Below are positions 15,774-25,871 of a DNA stretch of 64,000 nt, in pieces. The notes beneath the pieces were generated by a model, which saw only the letters and a list, made by a program, of their open reading frames with translations, did not search any database and had not been told where the DNA came from. The position numbers and the translations under genes are program-made. The DNA is from Bacteroidota bacterium (lineage in GTDB: Bacteria > Bacteroidota > Ignavibacteria > UBA10030). The stretch lies in assembly GCA_049523215.1 (NCBI GenBank), contig JBEKNC010000003.1, forward strand, positions 263,394-327,393, read 5' to 3'. How positions within the stretch are numbered: the stretch's first letter is position 1; every line of letters starts with the position of its first letter.

Positions 15774-16579
15774 GCTTTAAGATCTTTCAATAATCCGAAG
15801 CTCGCTTCTTCCAACTTGATCACGATCGATTTCGTCAACACGCCCGGCACGTTTTTTGGAAAGTCAACATCTGACATATGAAGAACACAAACACGATTTT
15901 TGCCAAGCTTTCCGACGAAATGCCCAAGCTCGAACATTGCATACGCAAGATCGTTCGGGTTGATGATAAAGAAGGCAAACCTTACGCCCGCATCAACCTG
16001 AAGCGTCTCAAGCGGAAGCATCTGTCCGTGTTGACGTTCGATATCAATTTCCTCTATTCCAATTTCTCCGAGAAATTGCAGCAACTGCACACGGAGCGGA
16101 TCATCTGCTTCCCCGACAACATACACTTTACTGGCATGCGCAGCAGCCTGCGGATGTGCAGAAGGTTGAGCGGGTGCCGTCGCTGCAGGTTTCGGAGGCG
16201 GTTTCAATATTCGGACTCCTCCGGTGTCTGTTGCAGTCTGAACTGTCGGCGTCTGAAGATCCATTGCCGGAGCAGCCGGAGCCGATGCGAGTTCTGGAGA
16301 AGCCTTCACTTTTTCGTACAGTTCACGCAAACAGTTGAGAATCAACTGGGCGGATGGCTGAAAAAAGAATCCGCCTTTTTTATCCCCAAGAATTTTTTGT
16401 TTGTACGGAAATCCAATTGGTCCGGATGATTCGAGCGTTTCCAAACATGCTTTGCGCCAATCCAGATATTTATTTTGTAATCGTGCATTATACCCGGAGG
16501 CCTCGAATCCTCCTTGCGGCGCTAATTGAGTTCCGCTGGCTATTAACTCTTCATATTTTTTTAGTAATTGTTCTGGCAT
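15749..16579 (-). CDS. Hypothetical protein with a C-terminal TIR-like nucleotide-binding domain (COG4271/SLOG-type), a Pro/Ala-rich linker and an N-terminal helical domain
   Basis: The C-terminal region KVYVVGEADDP...FAFFIINPNDLAYAMFELGHFVGKLGKNRVCVL matches the conserved strand-turn pattern of predicted TIR-like nucleotide-binding proteins (fElGyFiGklG..rv). The assignment is from recalled family consensus and not verified by search. Confidence 0.45.
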   Translation of the reverse strand: MPEQLLKKYEELIASGTQLAPQGGFEASGYNARLQNKYLDWRKACLETLESSGPIGFPYKQKILGDKKGGFFFQPSAQLILNCLRELYEKVKASPELASAPAAPAMDLQTPTVQTATDTGGVRILKPPPKPAATAPAQPSAHPQAAAHASKVYVVGEADDPLRVQLLQFLGEIGIEEIDIERQHGQMLPLETLQVDAGVRFAFFIINPNDLAYAMFELGHFVGKLGKNRVCVLHMSDVDFPKNVPGVLTKSIVIKLEEASFGLLKDLKASGYQINL

Positions 16580-16611
16580 AGCTCTTCACACGAATAGTAT
16601 CTCAACTTCTT

Positions 16612-16650
16612 ACTGCTCAGAGTCATCGCGATCCCGATAAATCGGGATCG
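16612..16650. promoter_or_regulatory. Near-perfect 17-bp-arm palindrome upstream of the TIR-like gene
   Basis: gtcatcgcgatcccgat aaa tcgggatcgcaatgac, located about 35 bp upstream of the start at 16579. Confidence 0.3.
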
Positions 16651-16816
16651 CAATGACGTGTTCCTTTCTTTTTGATCACTCCCAGATTTCCAGAGAACAA
16701 AACATGAGGTTACACACGTTCCAATTTATCAATTTCTAAAAGCAGTTCTTGAAATTCTTCTAATTTCAAATCTGTACTACATCTATATGCGTCATACCTT
16801 TGAGGCGTTTAATCTA

Positions 16817-17710
16817 TTATCCGATAAAAAGTCCCACAGCGAGTAAAATCGGTGTTGTCAAATTGATAACTACGTTTAGGCCCATCGAGGGAATCAGGGA
16901 AGGGATATTTTCAGCGTTTTGGTATGCACCCCTATAGGCTTTCCAAGCAGGGATAACTGTCAAGAGAGCAAGCAGACTATAACGAGGCAGTAAAACAAAA
17001 AACACACCGATCACTACCGAAACATACGCAAGCAGCAAGAAGACGCCATATAGTACGGCACTGGCTTGCCGCCCCATGGTAATCGGGAAATGTTTTCGTC
17101 CGATGCTTTTATCGGCATCCACATCAGGAAATTGATTGAGCAGCAGCAAGTCGCTCACAAGAAATGTAGGAGCAAGAGATGCAACAAAAGATGTCCAAGT
17201 GTATGAACCTGTCAAACAGAAGTGCGTCCCCATAACCATGAGAATGCCGAAACCCAATCCCGGCGCTATCAAACAGAGGATCGGATTATACGCCCACCAA
17301 ATAGTATAGGTCACTAATAAGATCAATCCGATGGTGCCAAGCGGCAATAAGAGGAAACCTCGCAGCCATATGAAATAGAACCCCACTACCGCAGTAATAA
17401 CAAAAGTGATTATGGCAAGATAAAGAGTGCTTTTGTTCATCTCCGGATGTGCCTGAAGTGTGCCGCTGCCGCCGCTGAAGGGTGTGCGTTGAGTTTTAGC
17501 GTCAAGTCCGCTTTTAAAATCAAAATATTCGTTAAATGCGTTAGCGCTGATATGACTTGCGAGTCCACCAATAAGAATTATAAGAATCTGGATCCAGCTT
17601 ATTTCATGGGTTTGCCAGAAGGCCGTTCCCGCGCCTACAGCAACACACGCAGGTGGCAGGATTAAAAACGGTACACGCATAGGGCCAAGCAGTGATTTCA
17701 TTTTGTTCAT
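16817..17710 (-). CDS. menA: 1,4-dihydroxy-2-naphthoate (or futalosine-pathway equivalent) polyprenyltransferase, UbiA superfamily
   Basis: Multi-TM UbiA-type protein with NEYFDFKSGLD (N/DxxxD motif) and a second Asp-rich motif DVDADK. Confidence 0.75.
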   Translation of the reverse strand: MNKMKSLLGPMRVPFLILPPACVAVGAGTAFWQTHEISWIQILIILIGGLASHISANAFNEYFDFKSGLDAKTQRTPFSGGSGTLQAHPEMNKSTLYLAIITFVITAVVGFYFIWLRGFLLLPLGTIGLILLVTYTIWWAYNPILCLIAPGLGFGILMVMGTHFCLTGSYTWTSFVASLAPTFLVSDLLLLNQFPDVDADKSIGRKHFPITMGRQASAVLYGVFLLLAYVSVVIGVFFVLLPRYSLLALLTVIPAWKAYRGAYQNAENIPSLIPSMGLNVVINLTTPILLAVGLFIG

Positions 17711-17788
17711 GCAATATTCCTCAATAAGATTGATTTTACCATTCTATCATAATCATAATGCCGAACCATGTTGTTCAGGCACAACTCT

Positions 17789-19858
17789 TTACTTCACAGT
17801 CGCTCCTGTGGATATTTCCGATTGGACACCAACGAGTGTTAATGTGCCGGATTCGTCGCTAGCGGCAAGAATCATGCCTTGCGACTCCTGCCCCATGAGC
17901 TTCGCAGGTTGGAGGTTCGCGACAACTACGATCAACTTTCCGATTAAATCCTCTGGTTTGTACTGCTGGGCGATGCCTGCAACCACCTGGCGCCTTTCGT
18001 TTCCAATTTCAACTTGCAGCTTTATAAGCTTTTCAGACTTGGGTACTTTTTCTGCTTCGATAATTCGTCCGACGCGAAGATCAACCTTTTTAAAATCATC
18101 CATCGTGATCGTAGGTTTCAGAGGAGAAATTGGAACGGCTTCAGGATTGTCTCCGCCTTCGAGGAATTTCACAATCTCGTCGATCTGCTTATCCTCAATT
18201 TTGGTTATGAGAATTTCCGGTTTGTTCAGCTGGTGTCCTTTTTTGATTCTGAATTCAGATGCAGAATCCCATCCATCTTCTCTCAATGGAATATCGAGAT
18301 TGAGGAGTTTCCATATTTTTTCGGAAGTGGCAGGTACAACAGGTTCCAACAAAATTGCAAGAGACCGCACTATTTGGATTGCAACATGAAGAGTCGTTGA
18401 GCAGCGTTCCGGACTCGATTTCAGTGTCTTCCACGGCTCGCTGTCATTAAAATACTTGTTCGCGGCGCGGGAGAGATTCATCACTTCCATCAATCCTTCG
18501 CGAAAGCTGTAATGTTCAAACAACTCACCAATTTTAGACGGTGCTTGTTTCACTGCTGCAATAACTTCTTCGTCAAGCTTATTGAGCGTGCCAAGCTTCG
18601 GTACAATGCCTCCGAAATTCTTATCTATGAACGCAATCGTGCGATTGACAAAGTTCCCGGTAATGTCTGCCAATTCATTATTGATGCGTGCCTGAAAATC
18701 TTTCAGATAAAAATCACTGTCGCGAGTTTCAGGCAGATTGACAGCGAGAGCGTACCGCAACATATCCGCCGGAAAGAATTTCAGAAATTCTTGAAGATTA
18801 ATTCCCCAGCCGCGGCTCTTTGAAAACTTCTGACCTTCAAAATTGAGAAATTCGTTTGCAGGCACATTTTCCGGCAGTACATAGTGATCGGTATTGCCGT
18901 CATTCCAGGCCATCAGCATCGCTGGAAAAACGATGCAATGAAACACCACATTGTCTTTGCCGATAAATGCAACATACTTTGTGTCTTCATTCTGCCAATA
19001 TTCCTTCCACGCTTCCGGTTTTCCGTGAACTGCCGCCCATTCTTTGCCGGATGAAATATACCCGAGCACTGCATCGAACCAGACGTAAATTACTTTATCT
19101 TCGTATCCTGCAACAGGCACGTGTACACCCCAGTTCAGATCGCGTGTCACCGCACGGTCTTTCAATCCATCTTTGAACCATCCTTCGCAATATCGAAGAA
19201 CATTGTCTTTCCAACCATCTCTTTTGTTCCGTTCGGCGATGTACGATTCCAATCGCGACTGATATTTCCCCAGCGGAAAGTACCAATGTGTTGTTTCCCT
19301 CACAACCGGTGTCGTTCCGCACAACTTGCACTTTGGATCAATGAGTTCAGCTTGATCCAGCCACGTACCGCAATTCTCACATTGATCACCGCGCGCCTGT
19401 GTCGATTTACATTTGGGGCAAGTGCCTTCAACATAACGGTCGGCAAGAAACATGGAATCTTGTAAGCAATACAACTGCAGCTCCTTCTTCTCGACCACAA
19501 TATTGCGTTTGTGGAATTCCCCAAAAAATTCTTTCGCTGTTTCGTGATGCAAAGGAAGCGAAGTACGCGAGTAATTATCAAAACTCATTTCGAATGCTTC
19601 GAATGCCGCTTTATTTGCTGGATGGTAGCGGTCGATGATGTTCTTTGGCGTCGTCTTTTCTTTTTCCGCTGAAACAGTAATGGCAACACCGTGCTCATCG
19701 GAGCCGCAGAGGAAGAGAACATCACGTTTCTTCATGCGTTGATAACGGGCATAGATATCTGCCGGCAAATAAGCGCCTGCAAGATGTCCAAGGTGCAGAT
19801 ATCCGTTTGCATACGGCAATGCTGCTGTAATAAGGATTCGTTTGAAAGGAGACTTCAT
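17789..19858 (-). CDS. metG: Methionine--tRNA ligase with C-terminal tRNA-binding domain
   Basis: HLGH (PYANGYLHLGHLAG) and KFSKS motifs, zinc knuckles CPKC/CENC, C-terminal EMAP/tRNA-binding domain. Confidence 0.9.
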   Translation of the reverse strand: MKSPFKRILITAALPYANGYLHLGHLAGAYLPADIYARYQRMKKRDVLFLCGSDEHGVAITVSAEKEKTTPKNIIDRYHPANKAAFEAFEMSFDNYSRTSLPLHHETAKEFFGEFHKRNIVVEKKELQLYCLQDSMFLADRYVEGTCPKCKSTQARGDQCENCGTWLDQAELIDPKCKLCGTTPVVRETTHWYFPLGKYQSRLESYIAERNKRDGWKDNVLRYCEGWFKDGLKDRAVTRDLNWGVHVPVAGYEDKVIYVWFDAVLGYISSGKEWAAVHGKPEAWKEYWQNEDTKYVAFIGKDNVVFHCIVFPAMLMAWNDGNTDHYVLPENVPANEFLNFEGQKFSKSRGWGINLQEFLKFFPADMLRYALAVNLPETRDSDFYLKDFQARINNELADITGNFVNRTIAFIDKNFGGIVPKLGTLNKLDEEVIAAVKQAPSKIGELFEHYSFREGLMEVMNLSRAANKYFNDSEPWKTLKSSPERCSTTLHVAIQIVRSLAILLEPVVPATSEKIWKLLNLDIPLREDGWDSASEFRIKKGHQLNKPEILITKIEDKQIDEIVKFLEGGDNPEAVPISPLKPTITMDDFKKVDLRVGRIIEAEKVPKSEKLIKLQVEIGNERRQVVAGIAQQYKPEDLIGKLIVVVANLQPAKLMGQESQGMILAASDESGTLTLVGVQSEISTGATVK

Positions 19859-20982
19859 ATTGACGGTGCTTCCATTATAAATTTCCGTAAATCAATTGCT
19901 AACGTCGTTAGAATAAGATGAAGGTAGACATTTTTGTCTAGATGAGCAATCGCCTTCTCGACAGTCTGCATGGAAGCAATGAGATTTGCGTGGTTAAATT
20001 TCGTAACAAAATTTTCCATGCTTTTCTTCTCGTCGTCGAGCAATGGCGCTTGCGCGTTCTGCTGCAGAAGGAGCGCATCACGCAGCCATGACTGGAGAAG
20101 TTTCAGCCACCGCTCGATACCGGGGCGATCAGAAGACGACGCAAGTTCATCAATTGCATCGATGAGCGTTGCTCTATTCTTGCCAAGTACCAAGCGCAAG
20201 AATTCGACAATATCTTTTCGCTCATCGAGCATGTCCAATGAACTCAGTCGCCGTGCATTCCCATAACTTCCATGGGAAAGTTGTGCCGCAAGCCGGGCAA
20301 TCGAATGATCCACTCCTTCTCTGCTGATGAGAGCACTTTCAATTTCCGCATCTTGCAACGAATCGCACTGGAGTAATTGACAGCGAGAAATGATCGTTGG
20401 CAGTAGCTGGTCTTTCACCGATGTGGTCAAAAGGAGAATTATTCCGGGCAGTGGTTCTTCCAAAGTCTTTAAAAGTGAATTACTTGCCTCTGCATTCATC
20501 ATATCTGCGTTGAGGATGACGAATATTTTTTCCCCTTCTTCCGCTCGGCTCATAGACGCCTCACGCTTGATATCCCGAACGCTATTGATCTTGATAAAGT
20601 TTGCTTTTTGCACTTCGATGCGATGGTACGGGTCTTTTGCTTTCCATTGGATCTGTTCCCGCACATCAGCAACCTGTGCTTCGGTAAGTATGGTAATCGG
20701 ATCGTCACCGGTTTTTTCACTTTTCCCGGTAGGAAGCGCGAATACCAGCTTGGTATTAGGATGCTGAAATGTATCCATGCGTCTGCAATTCCTGCATGTA
20801 CCGCAAGCTTCTGTGCTCCCGGTCTCACAGTTCATGGCTTTTGCGAATTCGATTGCCAGGGCATCTTTTCCTATTCCCTCAGGTCCATAGAAAAGATACG
20901 CATGAGCAATCCGGTGGTTTTGCAGAATTTGCTTCAGCTGTGTTTTGATGCGTTCTTGTCCTATGATTGACGACCAACTCAT
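19855..20982 (-). CDS. holB: DNA polymerase III delta-prime subunit
   Basis: AAA+ clamp-loader Walker A GPEGIGKDALA, zinc module CETGSTEACGTCRNC, SRC-like motif. It overlaps metG by 4 bp. Confidence 0.8.
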   Translation of the reverse strand: MSWSSIIGQERIKTQLKQILQNHRIAHAYLFYGPEGIGKDALAIEFAKAMNCETGSTEACGTCRNCRRMDTFQHPNTKLVFALPTGKSEKTGDDPITILTEAQVADVREQIQWKAKDPYHRIEVQKANFIKINSVRDIKREASMSRAEEGEKIFVILNADMMNAEASNSLLKTLEEPLPGIILLLTTSVKDQLLPTIISRCQLLQCDSLQDAEIESALISREGVDHSIARLAAQLSHGSYGNARRLSSLDMLDERKDIVEFLRLVLGKNRATLIDAIDELASSSDRPGIERWLKLLQSWLRDALLLQQNAQAPLLDDEKKSMENFVTKFNHANLIASMQTVEKAIAHLDKNVYLHLILTTLAIDLRKFIMEAPSI

Positions 20983-20994
20983 ACGAGATATACT

Positions 20995-23058
20995 TTAGAA
21001 TGTGTGACCTATGCCAAGATGGAGAACGCCGTTTTTGAACGTTTCTGGAAAAAATTCTTTTTGTGTAACCCATCTTCTCGTTGCCGCAGCGTCAGGATCA
21101 TACAATTTCATACCGAAGTCAATGCGGATAGGTCCGGCAATCGTGTTATATCTCAATCCAAATCCAAATGCCATTGCAATTTCACTCAGACTCATCTTCT
21201 GAGGTTCTGTCCAGAGGTTACCGAAGTCATAAAAGAAAACGAGTGAAAATTTTTTGAAATCGAGGAACCAAAATGTTCCGGCTTCATTGAGAAGATTCCA
21301 TCGTGCTTCGATGGTTCCTTCCAGCATTGCATCCCCTCCAAGATTTCTCAGGGAATCAGGCATCGTACCAAGAGTTCTTGCCCTCCAGCCACGAACATCT
21401 CCGCTCCCTCCCGAATAGAACCGTTGTGAAAGAGGTATATCCTTCAACGGTGAATTACCGTAAAGAAGCGCTGCCCCTGCTTGCGCGCGCATTGCCCAGA
21501 TGAGGTCTTGCTTTTTACTTGGATCCAAATACCACTGTCCATCGAGGTATAACTTGACATATTGGGAATAGTCAAGATCCAAGCCGAGCGTTCCGCGAAA
21601 CGCACGTGGAAATAATCCGCCTTCTTCAATTGAGATAGATTGAAAGAAACCTGCAGACGGATAGAAAATATCATTGCGTTTATCGCGTTGTAACGTGAGC
21701 GTAATAAATGAATTGAATTGTTTTATAAAGCCTAATGCTTGATTGTTTGTATCCTGGAGTGTTGCAACTTTTTTTGGATCGCTCAACTGAAGATTCCAAT
21801 CGATAAAAAGTTTTGTGTAAGTCGCTGTCTGTGATTGGGTACCAAGACGAAAGCTGAGAGTTGGATTATAATATGTAGTCTGTTTATCGAGCATAGCAGA
21901 GAAGGCGGCGCTGATACTTGTTTTGTTATTAATGAAGTAGGGCTGAATAACCTGCATCGTCATCTCTGCCCTTGAAACGAGTGAACTGTCCCGCAAAGCG
22001 GCAGTGTTAAAAAGCGATAGATATTGTATCGATTGGAGATTGAGTCGGAGACGGATGGAAAAATTCCGTGCACCTCCAAAAAAGTTTCTGTGATTATATC
22101 CAATACCAACCAGAATATTAAATGCATTATTTTCGTCGTTCACACCGATTTCCGGTGTCAACTCTTGAAACGGCCGAGTGCGCACAAAAACTCGTACAGG
22201 AATACTGGTTATCTCCGACGAGGTATCCGGAAGAGCATTCTCAATTTTTGTCGCTTCAAAAACGCCAAGTCTGTTGAGATTTCTCTCACTCTCTATTTTC
22301 TTTCGTTCGCCATAGTATTCCCCTGTTGTAAAATCGAGATGCCGGATCACAATGGTGGAATCTATGCGTTCTGGTGAAGTGGTATCCTGGTCAACAGAAA
22401 TAGTACCAAACGTATAACGCCTCCCTGGATTAAAGACAAACACAAGAGTAAAATTATCTGTTGAGGCATAATGGCGAGCATCTACAGTAAAAAGTTTCAC
22501 GTTCACATACCCGTTATTGGCAAATACTTTGATGATACGGCGGGATTCTTCTTCCACCTTATTTTGGATATATGGTTGACCCACCTCAATCTGTTTATTC
22601 AAAGTAAGTTCGTCCATGACCTCCGGCGAAAGATTCTCAAATCCCTGATAGATGATCGTATCGATCGATGACCGTCTCCCCTCTTTAATTAAAAAGGTGA
22701 GAAACACCATTTCTTTTTCTGGCCGAACACTGATGCTTGTATCAATTTGAGAATGAATAAAACCATTATCCTGATAAAATTGTTTGACCTGATGAAAGTC
22801 GGAAGAAAAAGTGATGGGGTCAAAATATTCGGGCTTCTGACCACCAAATATTTCTTTATCGAACCAGTGATATATCCATTTCCATACTACCCATGGAGTT
22901 TCACGTGTATTCATGACATTGAGGAGCTGATCGTCCTTCAATGTTTCGTTTCCCTCAAAACGAAGCTGACCGACCTCATATTTCTGTGCCGCAACTTGCG
23001 CCAATACAGGCACCGAACAGAGAATACTGAGGAGTATAGTTAAAATAAAATTCTGCAT
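20995..23058 (-). CDS. BamA/Omp85-family outer membrane protein (POTRA domains plus C-terminal beta-barrel)
   Basis: Signal peptide, POTRA-like repeats and a C-terminal 16-strand barrel with a terminal aromatic (…HLGIGHTF). Confidence 0.75.
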   Translation of the reverse strand: MQNFILTILLSILCSVPVLAQVAAQKYEVGQLRFEGNETLKDDQLLNVMNTRETPWVVWKWIYHWFDKEIFGGQKPEYFDPITFSSDFHQVKQFYQDNGFIHSQIDTSISVRPEKEMVFLTFLIKEGRRSSIDTIIYQGFENLSPEVMDELTLNKQIEVGQPYIQNKVEEESRRIIKVFANNGYVNVKLFTVDARHYASTDNFTLVFVFNPGRRYTFGTISVDQDTTSPERIDSTIVIRHLDFTTGEYYGERKKIESERNLNRLGVFEATKIENALPDTSSEITSIPVRVFVRTRPFQELTPEIGVNDENNAFNILVGIGYNHRNFFGGARNFSIRLRLNLQSIQYLSLFNTAALRDSSLVSRAEMTMQVIQPYFINNKTSISAAFSAMLDKQTTYYNPTLSFRLGTQSQTATYTKLFIDWNLQLSDPKKVATLQDTNNQALGFIKQFNSFITLTLQRDKRNDIFYPSAGFFQSISIEEGGLFPRAFRGTLGLDLDYSQYVKLYLDGQWYLDPSKKQDLIWAMRAQAGAALLYGNSPLKDIPLSQRFYSGGSGDVRGWRARTLGTMPDSLRNLGGDAMLEGTIEARWNLLNEAGTFWFLDFKKFSLVFFYDFGNLWTEPQKMSLSEIAMAFGFGLRYNTIAGPIRIDFGMKLYDPDAAATRRWVTQKEFFPETFKNGVLHLGIGHTF

Positions 23059-23158
23059 GAGAAATCAGCAATAAAAAAACCCAGCAGGAAAGTGCTGGGC
23101 TTCATTCAATACAAACAATCCTGAGGTGCCCTGATGATAAAAAACGAATGTTGTAATT

Positions 23159-23383
23159 CTAATACTCTTTCTCGTCCTCAAAGAAATAGTCTTCGTCAGT
23201 TGGGTAATCTGACCAGATTTCCTCAATACTTTCGTAAGGTTCATCCGAATCCTCAAGCTCTTCCAAATTCTGGATAACTTGACTCGGAGCGCCTGTGCGC
23301 ATCGCGTAATCGATCAACTCTTCCTTTGTCGCAGGCCAAGGAGCGTCATCTAAATATGTTGCCAGCTCGATGGTCCAAATCAT
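23159..23383 (-). CDS. Small acidic hypothetical protein (74 aa)
   Basis: ORF only. It is highly acidic with C-terminal DE-rich repeats. Coding status is uncertain. Confidence 0.3.
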   Translation of the reverse strand: MIWTIELATYLDDAPWPATKEELIDYAMRTGAPSQVIQNLEELEDSDEPYESIEEIWSDYPTDEDYFFEDEKEY

Positions 23384-23418
23384 CGTCGGTTCAATCCTTT
23401 AAAAATTCTTATTGTGAA

Positions 23419-24357
23419 TTAATTCTGGAAATCACTTGCATGTACATCGTCAAAAAAATAATCTATCGGATTCTGTGCCACGCCGTTCACTCGTACTTCA
23501 TAGTGAAGATGCGGTGCATTCGAAAGTCCTGAATTTCCGCAACGACCAATGAGTTCGCCGCGCTTCACTCGTTGTCCCTCATGCACGAGAACCTTCGAGA
23601 GATGTCCGTACCGCGTCTTCAATGAAAAACCATGATTGATCTCAAGGGTTAGTCCATATCCACCTTGGTGCCCGGTGAACTCTATGGTGCCTTCCGCTGC
23701 CGCATAAATTGGAGTGCCTACTTCATTGTCGATATCAATACCTTCATGTTTTCGGAGGATATGCAAGATAGGATGAAAACGCATTCCAAACCCATTCTTA
23801 TTATAAAATCCATCCATCGGTTTGATCGCCGGAAGATGAGAGAAGCGCACTTTATTCTTTTCGTATGCACCTTCAATTTCTTCATAGCTCAATGCTTGGA
23901 GACGCAACTCATGTTCTGCTTGCTCGGAAGTTGAACGCAAATTATTAAGAAGTGAATTTACGCTTATGGAAGATGTAAAATCAATTCGTGATTCAATGCC
24001 GCCTGTTCCAGCTTTCCGCAAATCTTCATCTAATTTTGGCAAATCTGCAAGCAGCCGCATTTCATTTCCTTTGTCACCTAAAAGGTTTAGCTGTTTCTGA
24101 ATGCCATTCAATTGATGCGTGAGAAATTGCAATTGGTTCTGCAATACTCTATTCTCATTGACCAGAGCAGTCTGTTGAATGAATCCCAATCCAAGAACAT
24201 CACCATAGTGTTGGTTCATAACAATGATAGACCAGAGAACAGCACCGCCCATCAGAAGCCCCGTTACCATAAGGCGGGTTCTAGCCAAACGAACCTCATG
24301 GAAGGTTAATGACTTCATTGAAAATTTATAGAGCTTAGTTTTTCTCATATGTATCAA
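23419..24357 (-). CDS. M23 family metallopeptidase (LytM-like) with N-terminal TM and coiled coil
   Basis: HxxxD and HLHYEV motifs (GHQGGYG...APHLHYEVRVNG). Confidence 0.85.
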   Translation of the reverse strand: MIHMRKTKLYKFSMKSLTFHEVRLARTRLMVTGLLMGGAVLWSIIVMNQHYGDVLGLGFIQQTALVNENRVLQNQLQFLTHQLNGIQKQLNLLGDKGNEMRLLADLPKLDEDLRKAGTGGIESRIDFTSSISVNSLLNNLRSTSEQAEHELRLQALSYEEIEGAYEKNKVRFSHLPAIKPMDGFYNKNGFGMRFHPILHILRKHEGIDIDNEVGTPIYAAAEGTIEFTGHQGGYGLTLEINHGFSLKTRYGHLSKVLVHEGQRVKRGELIGRCGNSGLSNAPHLHYEVRVNGVAQNPIDYFFDDVHASDFQN

Positions 24358-24456
24358 GATTTATCAGTATCAGTGAACGAACACGTCTACAAGTTCAGAC
24401 TAACTGCTGGCTGAAAATAGGTAATTATCAATTCTTTGTCAAGAATCACCATCACG

Positions 24457-25464
24457 TTATTCAAAATCGTGGTGAAAATAGTTAATAGCCCTCTTTCCCT
24501 TCAATTTTTCGGCAATTGTAGAATCAAGACGCTTTTTAAATTCCTGCGCTGAATCATATCCATATTGCTTAAGGAGATAATCCAAAGCAATCACTTCGAC
24601 GATGACAGTGATATTTTTACCAGGAAAAATCGGTAATTTGATGTGGGGAAGATTAACTCCCAGAATAGGAATGTATTCGTGATCTAAGCCTGTACGCGTG
24701 TATTCCACATCATTCTTCCATTCCTGCAATTCTACAATGACTTCAACGCGTTTTTGAAAACGAATTGCCTGAATACCAAAGATGGAACGGACATCGATCA
24801 GTCCGAGACCACGAATTTCCATATAATTCCTTACGACATCCGAACCCGCACCCAACAAAATCCCTTCTCCTTTGCGAGAGACCATAACCACGTCATCTGC
24901 GACAAGACGATGTCCTCGTTCAATGAGATCCAACGCTATTTCACTCTTACCGATACCTGAACGCCCTGTAATCAACACTCCAATGCCATAGACGTCCATA
25001 AAGGAACCGTGCAAAACAGTTTGAGGTGCAAAATGGTCGTCAAGAAAATCACTGAGGAAATAGACAAACTTTGTGGTTTCCAACGGTGTCGAGATAACCG
25101 ATACGCGATGTTCCGTTGCAATGGCAATAAGTTCGTCGTCGAGCTTGTTTTCGCTTGTAACAAAAATACAAGGTAAATCAAATTGAAAGATTGTCTGAAA
25201 TGCTTTGATCCTTTCGGCGAAGGTCAAGTGATTGAGATAGCGGACTTCTGTATTACCAAAAATCTGCACGCGATCGTAGGTGAATAATTCCACATATCCA
25301 GCAAGCGCTAATCCAGGCCTGTGAATATTTTTATCCGTGACCTCTTTTTCAAATCCAACATCACCATTGGCTGTCTCTAATGTGAGCCGCTTCTTGAGGA
25401 CTTCGAACAGAGAACCAACCGTAATATTATTATTCTGTGTTTCTTTCGTATTTTCCAGCGCCAT
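24457..25464 (-). CDS. hprK: HPr kinase/phosphorylase
   Basis: P-loop GVLITGRSGIGKSE and the C-terminal HprK signature. Confidence 0.85.
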   Translation of the reverse strand: MALENTKETQNNNITVGSLFEVLKKRLTLETANGDVGFEKEVTDKNIHRPGLALAGYVELFTYDRVQIFGNTEVRYLNHLTFAERIKAFQTIFQFDLPCIFVTSENKLDDELIAIATEHRVSVISTPLETTKFVYFLSDFLDDHFAPQTVLHGSFMDVYGIGVLITGRSGIGKSEIALDLIERGHRLVADDVVMVSRKGEGILLGAGSDVVRNYMEIRGLGLIDVRSIFGIQAIRFQKRVEVIVELQEWKNDVEYTRTGLDHEYIPILGVNLPHIKLPIFPGKNITVIVEVIALDYLLKQYGYDSAQEFKKRLDSTIAEKLKGKRAINYFHHDFE

Positions 25465-25484
25465 CGTCCCGTCTCCCGGGTTAG

Positions 25485-25817
25485 TTATTCTTTCTCACGT
25501 ATTTTTCTTACACCTTTTTTGTCTTTTGTATGAAGTTTTTCTTTGTATTTTTTTAATCGAGTTTTTATTTTTGCAAGTGCTAAATCGATAGACTTTTCAA
25601 ACTCTTCACTCTTGCCTACACCGGTGAGGACCGCACCATAGACTGTCAGAGATAATTCTGCGATCTTCACACTATTCCGTGCTTTTTCGAAGGAAAAAAT
25701 AACTTCTGCTTTGATGATGCCATCATAGAAATGTGAAAGCTCCTCAATGGAGTTCTTTGCATACTCCGAGAGCGAGTTGTGTGATTTGAAATGTCTTGAA
25801 GTGACTTTGATGTTCAT
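25485..25817 (-). CDS. hpf: Ribosome hibernation promoting factor / RaiA family
   Basis: 110 aa with the conserved N-terminal MNIKVTSRHF...L and a typical S30AE-family length. Confidence 0.8.
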   Translation of the reverse strand: MNIKVTSRHFKSHNSLSEYAKNSIEELSHFYDGIIKAEVIFSFEKARNSVKIAELSLTVYGAVLTGVGKSEEFEKSIDLALAKIKTRLKKYKEKLHTKDKKGVRKIREKE

Positions 25818-25871
25818 CGCGAATTCTCCGTCTTGCTAGGTGTGCGTATGGATAGGTCGTTCTCCTTGAAT

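Noticed and set aside
15749-16579. Thoeris (ThsB-like TIR) system
   Set aside because: No ThsA (SIR2/SLOG or Macro) gene adjacent. Neighbours are menA and an mqn radical SAM gene, so calling Thoeris is not supported.
17703-18389. 228-aa plus-strand ORF antisense to metG, and similar antisense ORFs in htrA (59048-59626), the S41 peptidase (32966-33823) and the ATPase (9714-10169)
   Set aside because: All overlap well-supported housekeeping genes on the opposite strand and lack motifs.
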